Source: an uncultured Candidatus Saccharibacteria bacterium (GTDB taxonomy: Bacteria; Patescibacteriota; Minisyncoccia; Phycocordibacterales; UBA918). Taken from it: DNA of 64,000 nt. The stretch is from positions 52,452 through 116,451 of the forward strand of contig CAYGKO010000003.1 of assembly GCA_964350735.1 (NCBI GenBank), read 5' to 3'. Shown here piece by piece: positions 27,333 through 36,933 of the stretch. The stretch's first letter is position 1, and every line of letters begins with the position of its first letter. Made by a program: the position numbers and the translations under genes. The notes beneath the pieces are model-generated. The model did no database searches. It was not told the origin of the DNA and was given only the letters and a program-made list of their open reading frames with translations.

Positions 27333-28694
27333 CTAACTTCCATCTAGAGTACGAATATCCTGTTCAAGCTGTGCCTTTCGCTCCATCACCTGATCCCCGT
27401 AGAAGAAGTTAGCTGGGTTACTTGCCCCTCCCCATCCGGCGTAATAACGTAATGCTGCTAGTCTATCTCCACCCCAAGTACCATTTGCCCCATTATCACG
27501 AAGGAGCAGTGCTGTCGCCGTAAAAGCATCTTGATTTACAAACGGACTGGAAGGGATATTTTTACCAAGCAGCGTCCGAATAGCATCACTACTTCGGCTG
27601 TATTGCCAACCACTACCAGTGTTCACAAAACCACCGTAGATAGCCCAAGTAGAAGGAATGAACTGTGATGCACCCATCGCACCTCCCCACCCAATCCGTG
27701 AACCATTTTGAATCAAAGGACATGAAACCGCCTGCGTCGCCGGGTCAAACCCCAGTTCAGCTGCGATCGCTAGGAACACTGGTTTATCACGGTCAGGATG
27801 CATAATATCCCTTCCTGACGTTACATCTCCCATAGTACAACCACCAATGTTGCTCCCAAATGAGGACTCTTGTTGCAAGATGGCTAAGATAAGTGATGGC
27901 TCTACTCCCACTGCTCCACCAGCGGTCTTCGCCAGTGCGATTGCCTCAGTTAACGGAATCTGTCCACCCCCACCCAAAAGATCAAACAATTCTGCCCGGA
28001 GCTGTGCCACAGTTTTTTGCTGTGAAGCCAACAGCTCTTGGTACGCCTCTTCTTCACCCTTGGTAACAGTAAGGATTTGTTCTTTCTCTTGCTCGCGTCG
28101 TTCAATCGCAGCTTTTTCTTGCTCTTGCAGCACCTTAAGCTGAGCTTCGGTCAGCTGTTTGTCTTCTAGGGAATTTTTCTGCAGCTCAGTGTCAGTCTTG
28201 ATCTCGTCGAGAACTACCATGGACTCATTCAGTGACTCATTAATTGATCGGAAACTTTCAAAGTCCGTAAAAAATTCAGAAAAGTTCTGATTACTCAACA
28301 AAACTTCTACTAACGAAAAATCATCCACTTCTTCAGTCTTACGAATTAGCTCGCCAATTGAATTACGTTGCTTCGTCAGTCGCTCACCTAAAATAATCAG
28401 TACCTCTTCCTTATCTCCAATCTGTTCAGTCAATTGCTCAATCGCAATTGACCGGGCCCGGATGCCCAACTGGGCTTTATCAATCTGTCCATCAATAATG
28501 GTCAAATCTCGTTCTAGTGATTGACGCTCTTCTTGCTTAGAATCTAGATCACGCTGACTTTGAATCATCTGCATCTCTACCTGCTGCAATTGAGCTTCCA
28601 GTCGGGCCTTGCGCTCATCATCGGTCTCAGCCATAACGCCGAGAGGAAAAACCCAAAAAGCGAGAAGTAGAAAACTGGCAACAGGACGTAACAT
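27333..28694 (-). CDS. Secreted coiled-coil protein with C-terminal lytic transglycosylase-like domain
   Basis: Signal peptide, long coiled coil (CwlO/PcsB-like), and AILQQES, GAMGASQFIPSTW, AALRYYAG. Confidence 0.85.
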   Translation of the reverse strand: MLRPVASFLLLAFWVFPLGVMAETDDERKARLEAQLQQVEMQMIQSQRDLDSKQEERQSLERDLTIIDGQIDKAQLGIRARSIAIEQLTEQIGDKEEVLIILGERLTKQRNSIGELIRKTEEVDDFSLVEVLLSNQNFSEFFTDFESFRSINESLNESMVVLDEIKTDTELQKNSLEDKQLTEAQLKVLQEQEKAAIERREQEKEQILTVTKGEEEAYQELLASQQKTVAQLRAELFDLLGGGGQIPLTEAIALAKTAGGAVGVEPSLILAILQQESSFGSNIGGCTMGDVTSGRDIMHPDRDKPVFLAIAAELGFDPATQAVSCPLIQNGSRIGWGGAMGASQFIPSTWAIYGGFVNTGSGWQYSRSSDAIRTLLGKNIPSSPFVNQDAFTATALLLRDNGANGTWGGDRLAALRYYAGWGGASNPANFFYGDQVMERKAQLEQDIRTLDGS

Positions 28695-28725
28695 AGCAAT
28701 AGTATACCAATGAATTGGCAACATG

Positions 28726-28762
28726 AAAAAGGACGACACATCCTTGAGATGTGTCGTCCTTT
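28726..28762 (-). terminator. Intrinsic terminator after rplY
   Basis: aaaggacgacacat/atgtgtcgtccttt stem with a T-run on the minus strand. Confidence 0.8.
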
Positions 28763-28781
28763 CCCTGTATCGAGTTTAGAA

Positions 28782-29432
28782 TTACTCAGCTGGAGTTTCA
28801 GCTGCTCCTTCATTTTTACCCTTCCCTTTTTCTTCAACTTCAATTGTATCCATATCCGGAGCTGCTGGAGCTTCTTCCGGCTCCTCTTCTCGGGCTGCAG
28901 AGACAGCTACCACAACGTCCTCTGGTTCTGCAGAAAGTGTAACGTCAGCAGCTACTGCAAGGTCTTTGATCAAAATCTGAGCATCTTCTGTTTCGAGGAC
29001 TGAGAGGTCAACTTCAATGCTAGACGGTAGCGCACTTGGTCGACATGTCACTTCAACATCAAGCATAACTTTGTTCACCGATGCGCCTGATTTTTCTACT
29101 GGCGCTTCACCAATAAACTCAAGTGGCACGTTAGTTGTTAGTTCCTTTCCACGCTCAATAGCATAGAAGTCGACATGATTTACTCCACCCTTAGTCACAT
29201 CAAATGATGCATCTTGTACGAGCACTTCAATTTCTTCTTCCAATCCCGTAAGAGTAATGATGGTTGACTCTCCTGCAGTTTGCATGAGTTTATCAAACGT
29301 AATTTTATCTACAGCGATAGAAATAGGCTCTTGTTTTGGACCATATACAATACCAGGAAGATTCCCGGCAGTTCGAACTGCTACGGCAGACTCTTTGGCA
29401 TCACGTTTGGTTACAGCTAAAGTTGTGTTCAT
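28782..29432 (-). CDS. rplY: 50S ribosomal protein L25/Ctc
   Basis: Motifs R..G.LPGIVYG, HVDFY, VPLEFIGEAP and LP..IEVDLS, plus an acidic tail. Confidence 0.95.
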   Translation of the reverse strand: MNTTLAVTKRDAKESAVAVRTAGNLPGIVYGPKQEPISIAVDKITFDKLMQTAGESTIITLTGLEEEIEVLVQDASFDVTKGGVNHVDFYAIERGKELTTNVPLEFIGEAPVEKSGASVNKVMLDVEVTCRPSALPSSIEVDLSVLETEDAQILIKDLAVAADVTLSAEPEDVVVAVSAAREEEPEEAPAAPDMDTIEVEEKGKGKNEGAAETPAE

Positions 29433-29516
29433 ATCATTTATATTTATGGCGATTACCATAGCACACTTTGGGGAAAGCTCAATGAGCGAACGAGTACGAT
29501 GTTATACTTTACCCGT

Positions 29517-30521
29517 ATGTCACAACAATATGATTTCGTTGCCTTTGGCGACATTGTAGTCGATGCTTTTATTCAATTAAACAAAGACATGGCTGATGTC
29601 AGCCAAGACCTTGATACCGGTAGAAAGACGCTGCAGATGCCGTTTGGTAGCAAACTACCATACGAAGACGTTACTGTTGTTAATGCGGTTGGAAATTCAC
29701 CAAACGCTGCAGTTTCTGCCCATCGCCTTGGCTTAAACACCGCTCTCGTAACCAGTGTTGGAACCGACCGCTACGGAAAAGACTGTTTAGATGCCCTTCG
29801 AACTGAAGGCGTGCATACAGACTACGTAAAGCAGCACGAAGGTAAAGAAACAAACTACCACTATGTATTGCGATACGGCCCAGAGCGGACCATCCTCATC
29901 AAGCATGAACAGTATCCATATGTAATGCCAGACTTTGCTGAACCACCTCGATATATTTATTTCTCATCTATTGGTGAGCATGGGGTTGATTTCCATTTCG
30001 AACTCGCTAAATACATCAAAGCCAATCCCGAAACTAAATTAGTCTTCCAACCTGGAACCTTCCAAATCAAATTGGGAGCGGAAAAACTACGGGAACTATA
30101 CGAAGTGACTGAGATCTTTTTCTGCAACAAAGAAGAAGCTCAAGAAATCCTCGGTAGCGACGAACGAGATGTACCAACCCTGATCCGTGCCTTCAAAGAA
30201 CTCGGACCAAAGATGCCGGTAATTACCGACGGACCAAACGGAGCTTATGTAGTAGATGAAGACGACCAGGCCTGGCACATGCCAATGTACCCAGATCCCG
30301 CTCCACCAGTAGACCGTACTGGTGCTGGTGATTCATTCTCTTCAACTTTCACTGCTGCTATTGCTTTGGGTAAAACACCAGCTGAAGCACTCTCGTGGGG
30401 ACCAATCAACTCTATGAGTGTCGTGCAGCACATCGGTGCTCAAGCTGGACTCCTCTCAATGGACCAACTACAGTCATACCTAGCAGACGCTCCAGAAGAG
30501 TACGTGGCAAAAAAGATCTAA
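29517..30521 (+). CDS. PfkB/ribokinase-family carbohydrate kinase
   Basis: Motifs GNSPNAAV..HRLG, VGTDRYG, NKEEA, ITDGPNG and DRTGAGDSF. Confidence 0.92.
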   Translation: MSQQYDFVAFGDIVVDAFIQLNKDMADVSQDLDTGRKTLQMPFGSKLPYEDVTVVNAVGNSPNAAVSAHRLGLNTALVTSVGTDRYGKDCLDALRTEGVHTDYVKQHEGKETNYHYVLRYGPERTILIKHEQYPYVMPDFAEPPRYIYFSSIGEHGVDFHFELAKYIKANPETKLVFQPGTFQIKLGAEKLRELYEVTEIFFCNKEEAQEILGSDERDVPTLIRAFKELGPKMPVITDGPNGAYVVDEDDQAWHMPMYPDPAPPVDRTGAGDSFSSTFTAAIALGKTPAEALSWGPINSMSVVQHIGAQAGLLSMDQLQSYLADAPEEYVAKKI

Positions 30522-30537
30522 CTTCGGGCGCAAACAT

Positions 30538-30570
30538 AAAAAAAGCCGCAATTACTTTGCGGCTTTTTTT
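30538..30570. terminator. Bidirectional terminator
   Basis: aaaaaaagccgcaa-ttact-ttgcggcttttttt between convergent genes. Confidence 0.88.
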
Positions 30571-30582
30571 ATTTAAAACTCA

Positions 30583-31209
30583 TTAGTCCAACAATGCTCG
30601 GCAAAGGGTCAGATCATTTCCGGCTCCAAATGTTGCGTCTGCTACAACTGCTTCTCCACAGTATTCGTTCGCTCCTTTAAGGATAAACCAAACACTGTAA
30701 TGCCGCGGCTGACACACCGCCTGTTTTCCAACTTGATCAGGATTACTTTGATTGGTTGGAGACGTTGGCTGAGCTGGATCATGAATAACACATCCACTCA
30801 ATGCCGGTGAACTATACGCCACTCCACCACTCGTAAATTCCTGTCGCGGCAGTTGTGACATATATTTTGCCATCTCTGTATAGAGTAGATTGCCTGCGGG
30901 CGCAGGGTTTGCTTCTGAAATACTGCCAAGGCACCTTCCAACCGCTCCATCGCCGATGCAAACCTTGCGGTGCCTGAATGCGTCTGACTGACTTCCAAAA
31001 GCAATCGGATACACCCCTAAATCTGAATACACTAAATTCAGTGCTTTTTCATACTCATTCATCTGCGATAGAATTGCGGCATTATCTGCCTTGTCTCGAG
31101 ACACGTTTAAACTGGCCAATACGACTACCGCTAAAATACCGATGATCGCCATCACCACCAACAACTCTAGTAACGTAAAACCTTTTTTAGTATTAATCAG
31201 AAACTTCAT
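30583..31209 (-). CDS. Type IV pilin-like protein
   Basis: Class III signal KKG/FTLLELLVVMAIIGILAVVVL and six Cys in the head domain. Confidence 0.92.
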   Translation of the reverse strand: MKFLINTKKGFTLLELLVVMAIIGILAVVVLASLNVSRDKADNAAILSQMNEYEKALNLVYSDLGVYPIAFGSQSDAFRHRKVCIGDGAVGRCLGSISEANPAPAGNLLYTEMAKYMSQLPRQEFTSGGVAYSSPALSGCVIHDPAQPTSPTNQSNPDQVGKQAVCQPRHYSVWFILKGANEYCGEAVVADATFGAGNDLTLCRALLD

Positions 31210-32179
31210 GTGTTACTCGACTTACAATGCTGTCTGCATCAATACCGTAGTGTGTCAGTAATTCATTTGGTTCACCTGATTGACCAAATTGGTCTTCAAT
31301 TCCGATTCGGATCATTTTTGTCGGACATTCAGAGGCCAGCACCTCTGCAATCGCAGAACCCATGCCCCCAGCAACCTGATGCTCTTCGACAGAAACAATA
31401 CAAACGCTTCGCTTAGCTGCAGCAATAATAGCTTCTACATCAAGTGGTTTGATAGTCCCTAAGTGTGCCACCTCAGTTTTAATACCAGCATCATTCAGTC
31501 GTTTTCCAGCTTCAAGTGCTTGGTACACAACTGTTCCAGTTGAAATAATAGTCACAATATCCTCACCTTCGACTTCAATCAAAGACAGGAGCTTACCCGG
31601 CTCACACGGTGTCTTATCAGTCGTTACTACCGGAGTTTTTTCTCGCGCAATCCGCATATACACCGGACCCTCATATTCAGCTGCCCACTGTGTCATCTTA
31701 CGGGCTTCATTGATATCACAGGGAGCAAGTACGGTCATGCCTGGAATAACCCGCATAATGGCGATATCTTCAATCGCTTGATGTGTAGCCCCGTCAGGAC
31801 CGACTGATACTCCAGAATGAGCACCAATTATTTTCACATTCGCTTCGTTATATGCAATTGTAGTACGGACCTGCTCCCAACTACGCCCGGGCGAAAACAT
31901 GGCGTACGAAGCAATAAAAGGAATCTTACCCATAGCTGCCATTCCCGAAGCTACCGAGGCCATATTTTGTTCTGCGATTCCTACTTGAACGAAGCGCTCA
32001 GGAAACGCGTCAGCAAACAAGCTCGTCTTTGTTGATCCCGTTAGATCAGCACTTAATGCGACTACTTTATTGTTCTTCTCACCGGCCGTTAGAAGTCCCT
32101 CTCCATAACCAATTCGGTTAGGCTCAGATGGGAGCGCCGCTTTAAATAAATCTGGATGTAGATGTGATGCAATTTTCAT
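31193..32179 (-). CDS. Transketolase, C-terminal subunit
   Basis: Motifs SADLTGST, GIAEQNM, GPDGATHQAIED, YMRIAR, IKPLD and VEEH. Start may be 32179 or 32209. Confidence 0.94.
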   Translation of the reverse strand: MKIASHLHPDLFKAALPSEPNRIGYGEGLLTAGEKNNKVVALSADLTGSTKTSLFADAFPERFVQVGIAEQNMASVASGMAAMGKIPFIASYAMFSPGRSWEQVRTTIAYNEANVKIIGAHSGVSVGPDGATHQAIEDIAIMRVIPGMTVLAPCDINEARKMTQWAAEYEGPVYMRIAREKTPVVTTDKTPCEPGKLLSLIEVEGEDIVTIISTGTVVYQALEAGKRLNDAGIKTEVAHLGTIKPLDVEAIIAAAKRSVCIVSVEEHQVAGGMGSAIAEVLASECPTKMIRIGIEDQFGQSGEPNELLTHYGIDADSIVSRVTHEVSD

Positions 32180-32183
32180 ACTA

Positions 32184-33077
32184 TTACGTGTCTGAAGGTT
32201 CAATGGCACCGGCTAAGGTACGCAGTTTTTCTAATGCTACTCGCGCCTGCTCGCCTTTGGCTACAAAATTTTCTGGACCTTTGCCAGGAGGATTGCCGTG
32301 CCATCTAAAATCTCGCTCAAACACATCAACCCCTTTTGCCGGGATAGTGTGGGCAATAATTATTGACGGCTGCCCATACACAGCCTGGGCTTTCCCAATC
32401 GCGTCATTTACTTGTCGAATATTGTGACCGTCTACTTCTTGTACATCAAAGTTAAAGGACTCCAGCTTTTCTCGGAATGGCTCCAAAGGCATTACGTCTT
32501 TCGTATAACCATCAATCTGAATACCGTTCCTGTCTACTATTACAATTAGATTATGAAGCTCTTCTTTGCCGGCTAACATAGCTGCTTCCCACATCTGGCC
32601 TTCATTCCACTCGCCGTCGCCGGTAATACAATACATGTATTTAGAGCTGTATGGATTGTCCATCCGTTCAGCAATAGACATGCCGACCGCTTGCGATAGT
32701 CCTGAACCAAGTGGACCTGAACTAGTTTCAATACCAGGAAGTGCGGTGCGGTGCGGATGACCTTGTAGACGTGATCCAAACTTACGAAGTGTCAGCAGCT
32801 CTTCTACTGGAAAGTATCCGGAGTGCGCCATAGCCGCATATAAGACCGGACAAATATGTCCGGCTGAAAGCACTAGTCGATCACGATCAGCCCAGTCAGG
32901 ATTTTTTGGATCATGTTTTAAAACCTCAAAATACAGAAGCGCAAAAATATCAGCCGTACCTAACGGACCAGAGGTGTGACCACTACCAGCCTCAATCAAC
33001 ATTTCAATAATACTCTGGCGAATATCATTGGCCTTCTTTTCTAATTTGATCACGTCTGTTTGACTGAGATAGTGCAT
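32184..33077 (-). CDS. Transketolase, N-terminal subunit
   Basis: Motifs GSGH, RDRLVLSAGH, LQGHP, SGPLGSG and GDGEWNEG (ThDP binding). Confidence 0.95.
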   Translation of the reverse strand: MHYLSQTDVIKLEKKANDIRQSIIEMLIEAGSGHTSGPLGTADIFALLYFEVLKHDPKNPDWADRDRLVLSAGHICPVLYAAMAHSGYFPVEELLTLRKFGSRLQGHPHRTALPGIETSSGPLGSGLSQAVGMSIAERMDNPYSSKYMYCITGDGEWNEGQMWEAAMLAGKEELHNLIVIVDRNGIQIDGYTKDVMPLEPFREKLESFNFDVQEVDGHNIRQVNDAIGKAQAVYGQPSIIIAHTIPAKGVDVFERDFRWHGNPPGKGPENFVAKGEQARVALEKLRTLAGAIEPSDT

Positions 33078-33128
33078 ATAGAGTAAGTATAAAAGAGATT
33101 CATCAGATCCAAAGGTCTAGCCTGTTCA

Positions 33129-33785
33129 TTACGTCGCCTGTGATAGTTCTGACAACTGATCAAAGACCCGTTGAGGATCTGTCGATCCCATAATAGCTGA
33201 ACCTACTACGAATCGTTCAGCTCCTGCTGAAAGTAAGCGAGGTAGTGTACGTTCATTAACACTACCATCTACACTAATAACTAAATCTGAGTGTAAAGAC
33301 TTTAAATCAACAATCCGCTGCAGTACACGTTCGTCAAAGGGTTGCCCCTGGGATCCAATTTGTGCGATACCCATCACCTGTACAAAATCTACACGATCTA
33401 AATATGGTTCTACTACTTTTAAGGTTGTATCGTTTTCAATTGCCAACCCTACAGCCACCCTACTTTGTTCACATAAATTAAAGGCTTGTTCAAGCTCTGC
33501 TGGGCTCGCAGCTTCAATATGAATAATCATTCTTTCGATATCGACTGACAACCACTCTATAATAGACGGGATAATGTCCTGAGCCATCAGATCAATCCCA
33601 ATCTTAAAATCTGGTATTGGGTTTACCAGATCGAAATGACGCACGTCTCCAGCATAGGGCCAAGAAGTCTGAGGAGCAAATACCCCATCCACAACATCAA
33701 TTTGCACCTGAGAAGCAAATGGCACTCGAGCCAGTTGGTTACGCAAATCTTTTAGCGACTTCGGGATAATAGCTGGAATGATCAT
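33129..33785 (-). CDS. rpe: Ribulose-phosphate 3-epimerase (divergent)
   Basis: IIPAI, QIDVVDGVF, VQVMG..IGSQGQ, SVDGSVN and VVGSAI, in a pentose phosphate operon context. Confidence 0.88.
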   Translation of the reverse strand: MIIPAIIPKSLKDLRNQLARVPFASQVQIDVVDGVFAPQTSWPYAGDVRHFDLVNPIPDFKIGIDLMAQDIIPSIIEWLSVDIERMIIHIEAASPAELEQAFNLCEQSRVAVGLAIENDTTLKVVEPYLDRVDFVQVMGIAQIGSQGQPFDERVLQRIVDLKSLHSDLVISVDGSVNERTLPRLLSAGAERFVVGSAIMGSTDPQRVFDQLSELSQAT

Positions 33786-33795
33786 AATCTAGGAC

Positions 33796-34260
33796 TTAAT
33801 ACATCTGATCGGTAATCTCTTTTATCTGATCAATCCGGCGCTGATATTTCTCATCAGCTAACGGCTTCGTCTTAAACCATAATTCAATAATTTTTTTTGC
33901 TTCTACAGCTGATACAAATCGCGCTCCTATAGAAAGCACATTAGCATCATTGTGTTCTCGAGATAATTTTACTATTTCGACTGCACCACCATAATAAACA
34001 ATCGCTCGCACTCGCGTAAAGCGGTTGGCTAACATAGCCTCTCCTTGTCCTGAACCACCAAAGATAACCGCTCTGTTGTTTTCAGGGTCTGCAGCTACTG
34101 CAGCGGCAGCTTCTGTAATGAAGACTGGGAAATCATCAACCGGGTCATATTCATGCGCACCACAGTCAATTACTTCAAAACCCAATTCAGACTCAAGAAA
34201 TACCTTAATCTCATTCTTTAATTCAAACCCAGCGTGATCTGTAGCGAGAAATACTTTCAT
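33796..34260 (-). CDS. rpiB: Ribose-5-phosphate isomerase B
   Basis: Motifs DHAGFELK, GGSGQGEAMLANR and SREHNDANVLSIGAR. Confidence 0.93.
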   Translation of the reverse strand: MKVFLATDHAGFELKNEIKVFLESELGFEVIDCGAHEYDPVDDFPVFITEAAAAVAADPENNRAVIFGGSGQGEAMLANRFTRVRAIVYYGGAVEIVKLSREHNDANVLSIGARFVSAVEAKKIIELWFKTKPLADEKYQRRIDQIKEITDQMY

Positions 34261-34261
34261 G

Positions 34262-35299
34262 CTAAGCAGTGTCCTTGGCGTTGAAATACTTGGCTACTGC
34301 ACTAACATGCTCGACCAGAGTATGCGTGTAACTGGTCTCGTTGTCATACCAGGCCAGCACCTTTACTAAGTTTCCGCCAACCACACGAGTCATAGAAAGA
34401 TCTGCTATAGCTGCAAAACGCGCTCCAATAATATCCGAAGATACTACCGGTTCATCCGTAACAGCAAATAGATTTTTCCAAGCATCTGATTCAGCAGCTG
34501 CTTTAAAAGCAGCGTTGACCTCTTCAACTGTAGTATCTTTCGAAGCTATAAATGTCACATCAACAATCGACCCGACTGGCACCGGCACTCGAATAGCAAT
34601 GCCATCAAATTTATTTTCTAAGTCAGTATGTGCAAGAGTAGTTGCTTTAGCTGCACCCGTTGAGGTTGGAATGATATTTTGCGCTGCTGCTCTTCCTTTA
34701 CGGAAGTCTTTACTCGGTCCATCAATTAACGCTTGAGTTGCTGTATATGCGTGGATTGTGTTAAGAATTGCTTTATCTATTCCAATAGCGTCTTTCAAGA
34801 TTGCGACCAGCGGACTTGTTGCGTTGGTGGTACATGATGCGTTTGAACTAATCGAACACGATGACAAGGCAGCATCGTTTACACCCATCAGTACAGTCGC
34901 CCCGGTCACACCAGCTGCTGCTGGATCATCTTTTACCGGACCTGAAATTACTACACGCTTTGCCCCAGCTTCAAGATGAAGCTTTGAACCTTCATAGCTG
35001 GTAAAAAATCCCGTTGCTTCTACCACGATATCAACATTCATTGTGCCCCACGGCAAAGCTTTTGGATCACGTTCACTCAAAAAGCTTATCTGCTTCCCAT
35101 CGACAATTAAGTTCTCATCTTGGACCGACACATCAAATTCTCCTCGTCCATATGCAGTGTCATATTTCAATAGATAGGCTAGGTTTTCTAAGCTACCTAA
35201 GTCATTAATGGCTACGATCTCAAAATTTGGATTCGCGTGAGCCATCTTAAAAAACGTCCGTCCAATTCTGCCAAAACCATTAATTGCTACTCGTGTCAT
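34262..35299 (-). CDS. gap: Glyceraldehyde-3-phosphate dehydrogenase, type I
   Basis: Motifs AINGFGRIGR, SNASCTTN, NIIPTSTGAAKA and WYDNE. Confidence 0.97.
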   Translation of the reverse strand: MTRVAINGFGRIGRTFFKMAHANPNFEIVAINDLGSLENLAYLLKYDTAYGRGEFDVSVQDENLIVDGKQISFLSERDPKALPWGTMNVDIVVEATGFFTSYEGSKLHLEAGAKRVVISGPVKDDPAAAGVTGATVLMGVNDAALSSCSISSNASCTTNATSPLVAILKDAIGIDKAILNTIHAYTATQALIDGPSKDFRKGRAAAQNIIPTSTGAAKATTLAHTDLENKFDGIAIRVPVPVGSIVDVTFIASKDTTVEEVNAAFKAAAESDAWKNLFAVTDEPVVSSDIIGARFAAIADLSMTRVVGGNLVKVLAWYDNETSYTHTLVEHVSAVAKYFNAKDTA

Positions 35300-35373
35300 A
35301 AAACTAAAGAACTAAATATAATAAATTGAAAACCTATAATTACTACTTAACTATACGGTACTACTGCTCATTT

Positions 35374-36933
35374 CTAAACCGACATATCCTCACGTTGCTG
35401 GAACAATCTACGCGCCATAATGCCAAGTAACACAAAAAGTGGCAGCAACCAAATAAACCACACGGAGGCAAATACTGCTTCAGTATCCTTAAACACCGTA
35501 ATCTGTCTTACCTCTATCACTCCAGTCAATTTTTTAATACCTTTAGTCTTAAAATCAAACACTTCAAAACTAAAATCATATTCACCAGGTACCAACAAGG
35601 CTCCGATCTCAGCTTCATAGGCCGTCTTGTCAGCATTTACTCGCAATAAAAACGCGAACACTTTTCCGTTTTGTGGATGCACCAGTCGTACTATCACTGT
35701 CTTGAGATGTTCAGGCAAGCGCTCATACGGCACCGATATCAATGTAGTTTGATTATTAGTAATCACCACCCTTTCATCTACAAACACCGCAACATTTCCC
35801 CGTCGGTCACTGAATGATATGTCTGCAATCGATACTACTGTAGTGTTTTCCCCCATCGGTAAACTAATATCTACAGTATCATCAAGTGCCGCATTAGACT
35901 GAGCTTCATCTATTTCGCCTGTGGAGCGTGAAAAATATATTTCAGTCACTGCTCCAGAGGAACTGTTTCCAGCTTCATCATAAGCAAAAATTGTATAAAA
36001 TCTACGCGCACTGTCTGCGGTACGACCGTCAAAAGTTTCTGCGGCATCACCTTCGTACACCAGATAACCTCCTTGTAAATCTGTCGGATAGAACTGATCG
36101 CTACTAAGCACTCTGACTTTCTGAAAATCATCTTCATTAGGATTAGTCCAACTTAATTGCACTCCAGTTTCTGTACCTATGGCTGAAAAGTTCATCGGAT
36201 TTGCCGGAGCCTGGACATCAGGGCGAGACAAAGTTCTAAAACTAACTGTTTCAATTGCAATCTTACCCGAGGAATCTCTCACCTGAATCTGGAGTTCATA
36301 AACAGAATCTGGTGCTAAACCATTAATTAGTACCTGGTGATCTTTCTTAAAGGCAGCACCGGTACTGAATCCTAATTCAAAGTCGACTGTTCTACCCCAA
36401 GCTATCTCAGCTTGAGTCAAACGATTGGTGGAGAACGAAACTGTTGCACTATCTATTTGGGTGTCAATATTTATAGTATCAATACGTACTGCAGCCTGAT
36501 TCACTATACGCCCTCCAAAACTAATCTCGGGAGTTGTGGTCGGTGTGGTAGTAGCAACAACCACTGGTAGTGTCACTGCCGTCGCAGTGGCTGACGTCGT
36601 AGAAAAATTAAAACTTGTGTCAAAAGCCCGGATCGTATAGTCATAGCTAGTACTGGCGGTTAGGCCAGTGTCTGAAAAGTTAACCAGCGAAGTAGTGGCA
36701 ATTTGTATCGTATCTCTAAATACTTGGTAGCCTCCTAATGCAAAGTTATCCGAAGACGCATCCCAGCTGACATCAATTTGGGCACTGGTCACTGGTGTTG
36801 CAAGTACGTTCAATGGTGTGGTTGGCGGTACAATATCGCCCCCAACCAAAGATTGGATCGTAAATTCATCAGTAGCCGCAAAAGCCACCTGCGTAGTAAT
36901 GAAACAAAGGATTACTAGAAGAATCTGTTTCAT
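35374..36933 (-). CDS. Surface protein with fibronectin type III domains and C-terminal TM anchor
   Basis: Signal peptide, PPTTP...VSWDASSDN...YQVFRD...YTIRAFD, further Fn3-like modules, and a C-terminal TM followed by RR. Confidence 0.88.
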   Translation of the reverse strand: MKQILLVILCFITTQVAFAATDEFTIQSLVGGDIVPPTTPLNVLATPVTSAQIDVSWDASSDNFALGGYQVFRDTIQIATTSLVNFSDTGLTASTSYDYTIRAFDTSFNFSTTSATATAVTLPVVVATTTPTTTPEISFGGRIVNQAAVRIDTINIDTQIDSATVSFSTNRLTQAEIAWGRTVDFELGFSTGAAFKKDHQVLINGLAPDSVYELQIQVRDSSGKIAIETVSFRTLSRPDVQAPANPMNFSAIGTETGVQLSWTNPNEDDFQKVRVLSSDQFYPTDLQGGYLVYEGDAAETFDGRTADSARRFYTIFAYDEAGNSSSGAVTEIYFSRSTGEIDEAQSNAALDDTVDISLPMGENTTVVSIADISFSDRRGNVAVFVDERVVITNNQTTLISVPYERLPEHLKTVIVRLVHPQNGKVFAFLLRVNADKTAYEAEIGALLVPGEYDFSFEVFDFKTKGIKKLTGVIEVRQITVFKDTEAVFASVWFIWLLPLFVLLGIMARRLFQQREDMSV

